A stretch of DNA of 64,000 nt from contig OZ316897.1 in NCBI GenBank assembly GCA_973895155.1, positions 22,233,455 to 22,297,454 on the forward strand, written 5' to 3'. The notes beneath the pieces were generated by a model. It had not been told where the DNA came from. It was given only the letters and a program-made list of their open reading frames with translations, and did not search any database. Both the position numbers and the translations under genes were made by a program. This document shows positions 59,717-64,000 of this stretch, in pieces (position 1 is the stretch's first letter; every line of letters begins with the position of its first letter). The DNA is from Marsupella aquatica (lineage: Eukaryota; Plantae; Marchantiophyta).

Positions 59717-60119
59717 TGTCGGAGAACGAGCTCGAAGTGTAGCTAGGAGCGTGTGGATTGGGCGAAGTTTACGGTATGCTTGCTCTGAGTTTGGCGTTGT
59801 AATGGCATTCTGAGTGTGGACTTGTGGAGATTGCAGAAAGATCCAAGGAATGTTTATACTGTCTTGCTCTGCGAGCTCTTATTTAGAGGTTTGGTGTGGA
59901 GGAAGGTTGGTTTGAGAATCCGAAAAATATAAAACGAAGACATGGACCACGACGTTTGGCCATCATTGTGTCCGGGCAGGTAGGAATTCGAACAGTTTGT
60001 TCTTTCCGTGTGTACTAGGTGTTCTAGAACGTGTCTTCCTTAGAGGTCTACTGCAATTTGGATGGATGTAGGAAGGAATTTCTTAGGAAGTTTCTGAAAC
60101 AAAAGTTCAAAAAACCTTC

Positions 60120-60506
60120 CTAATGAGCCTAGAATTGAGAGGTCCCACTTTCTATCCCCCCTCCACAGGCATCCCCCCATCCCCCCATCCCCCCTCCATC
60201 CCCCTCCACAGGCAAGGGTTGTGGAGATGAGCCTAGAACTGAGAGGTCCCATGTTCTATCCCCCTTCCACATGCAAGGGTTGTGGAGGGTGAGTGTGTGT
60301 GTGAGTGGGGTGTGATGATAGGAGTATTGGTTTTTCCTCAGCCCTGGCTGGTTCGCTTTGGGCTCTGGTTCAACCCTCTCGCCCTCCTGGTCCTGGGTAT
60401 GTTGACCCCCCTTGTGGGTTACCCTACAGAGGTGTATGCTCAGGAGTTGATCATCTATCCTCTATTGGATGGATCAGCTTTCGGTTTCAAAGCAAAAAAA
60501 AAAACC
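60120..60506 (+). mobile_element. Probable non-LTR retroposon fragment (SINE or 5'-truncated LINE)
   Basis: Absent from the paralogous site at about 16850; ends in an A-run; AACCTTC repeated at 60113-60119 and 60507-60513; internal direct repeat ATGAGCCTAGAA.TGAGAGGTCCCA. Confidence 0.6.
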
Positions 60507-62407
60507 AACCTTCAGTTATCCAGAATCACATTTCACTGAAATATCGTCCGCTAGATTACCTTCGGGCACTTCCAGTCAAAAAGCTTCAGCTAGATTACGA
60601 GCAAGCACTCCTTGAATGCACCGTCGTTGTACAGCAGATCAAGCGAGCTGCTACCTGTCCACTTCGGGTATTGAGATGATTACATATGCAACATACCGCA
60701 CACTTATACTGTATGATAGGTCTCAGCCTACCATCGTTGCAGCTAGGGAAGTGCCACCGGGTGGTCATCCTGTTAGTTCTGGTGACATGGGGTGGTTCTC
60801 TATCTAAGCTTTTCTAAAGTACCAAGTCCAATACAAAACAATTCTACAAGACTTTTTTCAGTGTTGATTTCTTCAAGCTCCATTCTGTCCTGGTCTCTTG
60901 CTTTCAGGACTTCTTGGATGATTGAAAACACTCCTTAGACCGTCTGACCGAACCAGCAAACTAAACTGTAAAGCTCGCTTATCGCTCTTTTCTGGCATTT
61001 GCCAACTCCTGCACCACATTCATGTCTCTCCTCCAGCTGAAATAAGACTTTGCAGGTGAAAGTGGACCTACCATTGTCAGCGGCGAAGCGGAAAGTGCAT
61101 ACAGATCTGTTTGTAATAGTCAAAGCCACCCCTAATCGTCCAAAGTTCTGGATGGTAGAGTTTGCAACAAATCAAGCAGTATCCAAAACTTGCCTTCACT
61201 GTAAAGTTCATGTCAACTGTGTTAACAAATTTTAGGATTTCATCTTTGGAAGAATTGTCATAGAAATTGTTCTCTTTGTTTCTTAGTGGGGCCTAAAAAT
61301 AGTTTTGGCTGACCTATGTTCAGCTATGTGAGAAGGGACCAAAAAAGTCCCCCCAGATATTTTTGTTGTGCAATACATACAGACTGCAATACAATGGATT
61401 GCAATACTCTACTTCTATACAGTTTCCTTTGTTCTAAAGATACCAAAACAAAATCTAATGTATTATAATTATACAGTATTTGTATTAGGCAAGATCATGA
61501 TGGCTTAGGTAAGCAGAGGAAGGAGATACAAGGGGAACATTTAATGGTTTGTCTTTTTTGTTTAATTCCTTCTTTTGTTCTCTTTCAACTTTTTTGCCTT
61601 TTTGTGTTTATTCAACTTTTTTGTCTTTTTGTGTTTATTTGTTGTTTTTAGATTTTCTTCCCGGAGAAGGGTCTTGTATTTAGGGAGACTATTTTTAGTG
61701 TGATTGTCTTCCTCATTTAGGGGGTCCTATTTCTATGGAATTGTATTTCACCAAAAACCTGAGTTTCACCCCTATTCCACCAGTATCTTTGATAGGCTAA
61801 ATATGAGTACAATTTTTAAAAGAATATTTTTCTAATCAGGTGAGCTTTTGTATAAGAATTGAGTTAGGTGTGTTTCTAGATAGTAGTTACAAAATTAGCA
61901 TAAGCTAAGTGTGACATTAACTAAGGTAACTAAGGGCAAGATTATATAAAATGTGGGTTAGGTGTGCTTTCTATGAAGGTAACCAAAAGATTAACATAGA
62001 TTAGGTGTAACATTAGCCAGGCCCATATCAAATATATTCACTTATGTCACCAATGGGAGTGTATTGTTGATAATGAATGAGTGTGGCTGGATTTTAGGTT
62101 TACACCAAGAAGTCAAGGTGTCTCAATCTTGACTTGGAACTATCATGACTTGATATGCAAATGTGTAAACTTCTTAATCTATCTCTTCCTGTAATAGCAA
62201 ATTGGATTGATGTTTCTATGATAGATTATTCTTAGAAAGATTGTTGCAAATACCGACAATAGATAAATTATCTTTATCCATGTAAGAGAGCATACCAAAT
62301 CCCATTCTTTTCCTGTGGGTAAGAACTACAAGGTAAACATAATTCATTTAGTTTGTTGGAAAAACCATAACAAATACAAAGTAAATAATATATATTGATG
62401 TCATATG

Positions 62408-62760
62408 TGTTAAGCATAGATGACAATCGCAACGGCAAGCCCATGAACTATCCAATGCACAAGTGTTGACACAGAGAGATATGTGGTTCACCTCCACTAG
62501 AGGCTACGTCCACGGGAACACACAAGAGCTTTACTGCACTCTAGGCTGATCGGCCATACCAAGCATCCACAACACAAGTTCTCCCTATCTCTCAACTCAC
62601 TGGCTTTGTAACAATGAGCCTGAGTTCCTACTCTCCAAGCAAACACCGTTTAGGTATAGTGTATGTACAGCATAACTAACCTAACCTAGTCTGTGATTAA
62701 GGTTAGCCCTAATTGTAGTACAGTCGTAACTCTAGACCTAAGAGTAAATTAATCCTAACA
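62408..62760. mobile_element. Solo LTR, 353 bp (Copia-like appearance)
   Basis: TGTTA...TAACA termini; 5-bp TSD ATATG at 62403-62407 and 62761-62765. Confidence 0.8.
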
Positions 62761-64000
62761 ATATGTGCATGATACTTGCAATAACAAGTTCAAAATTGGT
62801 TAACCTTTTAACATATCTATCTAAAGCTCTGACTACCTCTACCTTAATTGTGTGGAGCTTAAGTACATGGGTGTCATCAATGTCAAATCCTAAAGCATCT
62901 CTCCACGTCTCATCCGAACTAAATCACACTTCTTTGCCTAATACATGAGGGAGTGCATAATAATTTGATGTTGCTACATGAAGCTGCACCATTCTCAATA
63001 ACAATTGTTTTGTTTTATTTACTTTTGTAAATCATGAGCTCATTAGCAGGGACCAAAGCCCGTCACTAAGGTTCATGAGGGTGGACCAAAAAATTCCTTC
63101 TCTAAATCATTTGAGTTGTGCTTCAAGTTGTCAAGACTACCAACTCAGAACCCTGAGGTCTAGGGCTCAAATTGCAACTTCAGTGTGCAAGTAAATTAAT
63201 AACCTTTTGAGGGTAGAAAATTGTCAGGGAGCCTAGGTTCCTGCTGACTATTTAAACTCAGAGGCAGCTTTTGTATTAATTGGGCTCAACTTCACTCTAT
63301 TGTTCCGGGGTGGCCAAAATCATGCAACCATGTATTAGTTGTTGCAGTCATGGGCAGTTTTGGGTACAGCACCTCAAGAACGTAATCCATGAAGGCATCC
63401 CCTTTGGCATACTTATTTGCTAATTGTTTACATGGTCATGAAGAGAATTATTAGAGTGCTTGCTTAGTGCTCTCAGAGTACTAAAGAGATAAAGTGCCTG
63501 GGGTAAAAACTTTTGATTTTTCCAGGGGTGAGGTCACCCCAATGTCACTTTCATATTACCTAATTTGGCCCAAAAGCATAGTGGACCACAAATACGTTGC
63601 TAGAGTGTGACTCAAGTGACATGACATGCATAGTGATGCAAGTAAGCAATCAGTCCTTGGAGACAGAAGTATTCTTCTTCCATGATGCACCACTCTTGTC
63701 AACTCAATTCCAGGTAACTCTTGGTTTTTCAGCAATAATTGGAAAATGACATTGGGCATGTCGCAAACAAGGTTTTGATCCTTAGAGTGATCATTTTCTG
63801 AAAACAACTAGTAGGCGTGTAATTTAGTTCAGCCTTTGTGACTGACCCCCTTGGTCTTGGGCCTGGTCTGGTTTTTTTGTAAATGGGTCAGCTTCCTCTG
63901 TTTAGTGCCCTTTTCTTAACTCATTTGTTATAATTTTTGAAGCTGCTATAATGGTGAATGCACATTTCAGATTTTGTCTTATTCAGATTTTTTTAGTTTT

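Overview
Eukaryotic plant DNA, inferred to be a bryophyte from the Cys-less germins and the retroelement types. The backbone is a tandem gene cluster, all on the minus strand: five germin-like protein (GLP/cupin) copies (one cut by the window edge, three intact two-exon genes, one pseudogene) and two intronless, fungal-looking short-chain dehydrogenase (SDR) genes. These are arranged as a roughly 17-kb GLP-GLP-SDR unit present twice. The second unit is inflated by three nested mobile elements. A Helitron-like repeat (23904-48985) holds a 9.3-kb Ty3/Gypsy-type retroelement (24758-47651), whose gag is split by a very young 13.5-kb Athila-like LTR retrotransposon (27491-41038). The middle element is the most unusual. 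Its polyprotein runs gag-protease-C5 cytosine DNA methyltransferase-RT-RNaseH-integrase-PHD finger and its coding region is strongly CpG-depleted. It has clean TG...CA ends with a target-site duplication but no detectable LTRs. The inner element has an in-frame TGA-CAA-TTA read-through signal between gag-PR and RT, two extra 3' ORFs (one a second retropepsin-like domain), and a palindromic GACGCT-n-AGCGTC motif clustered in the LTRs and upstream of gag and ORF3. A PIF/Harbinger-type insertion, a solo LTR and a poly(A) retroposon fragment are also present. All calls come from reading the sequence by eye; no database searches were run.
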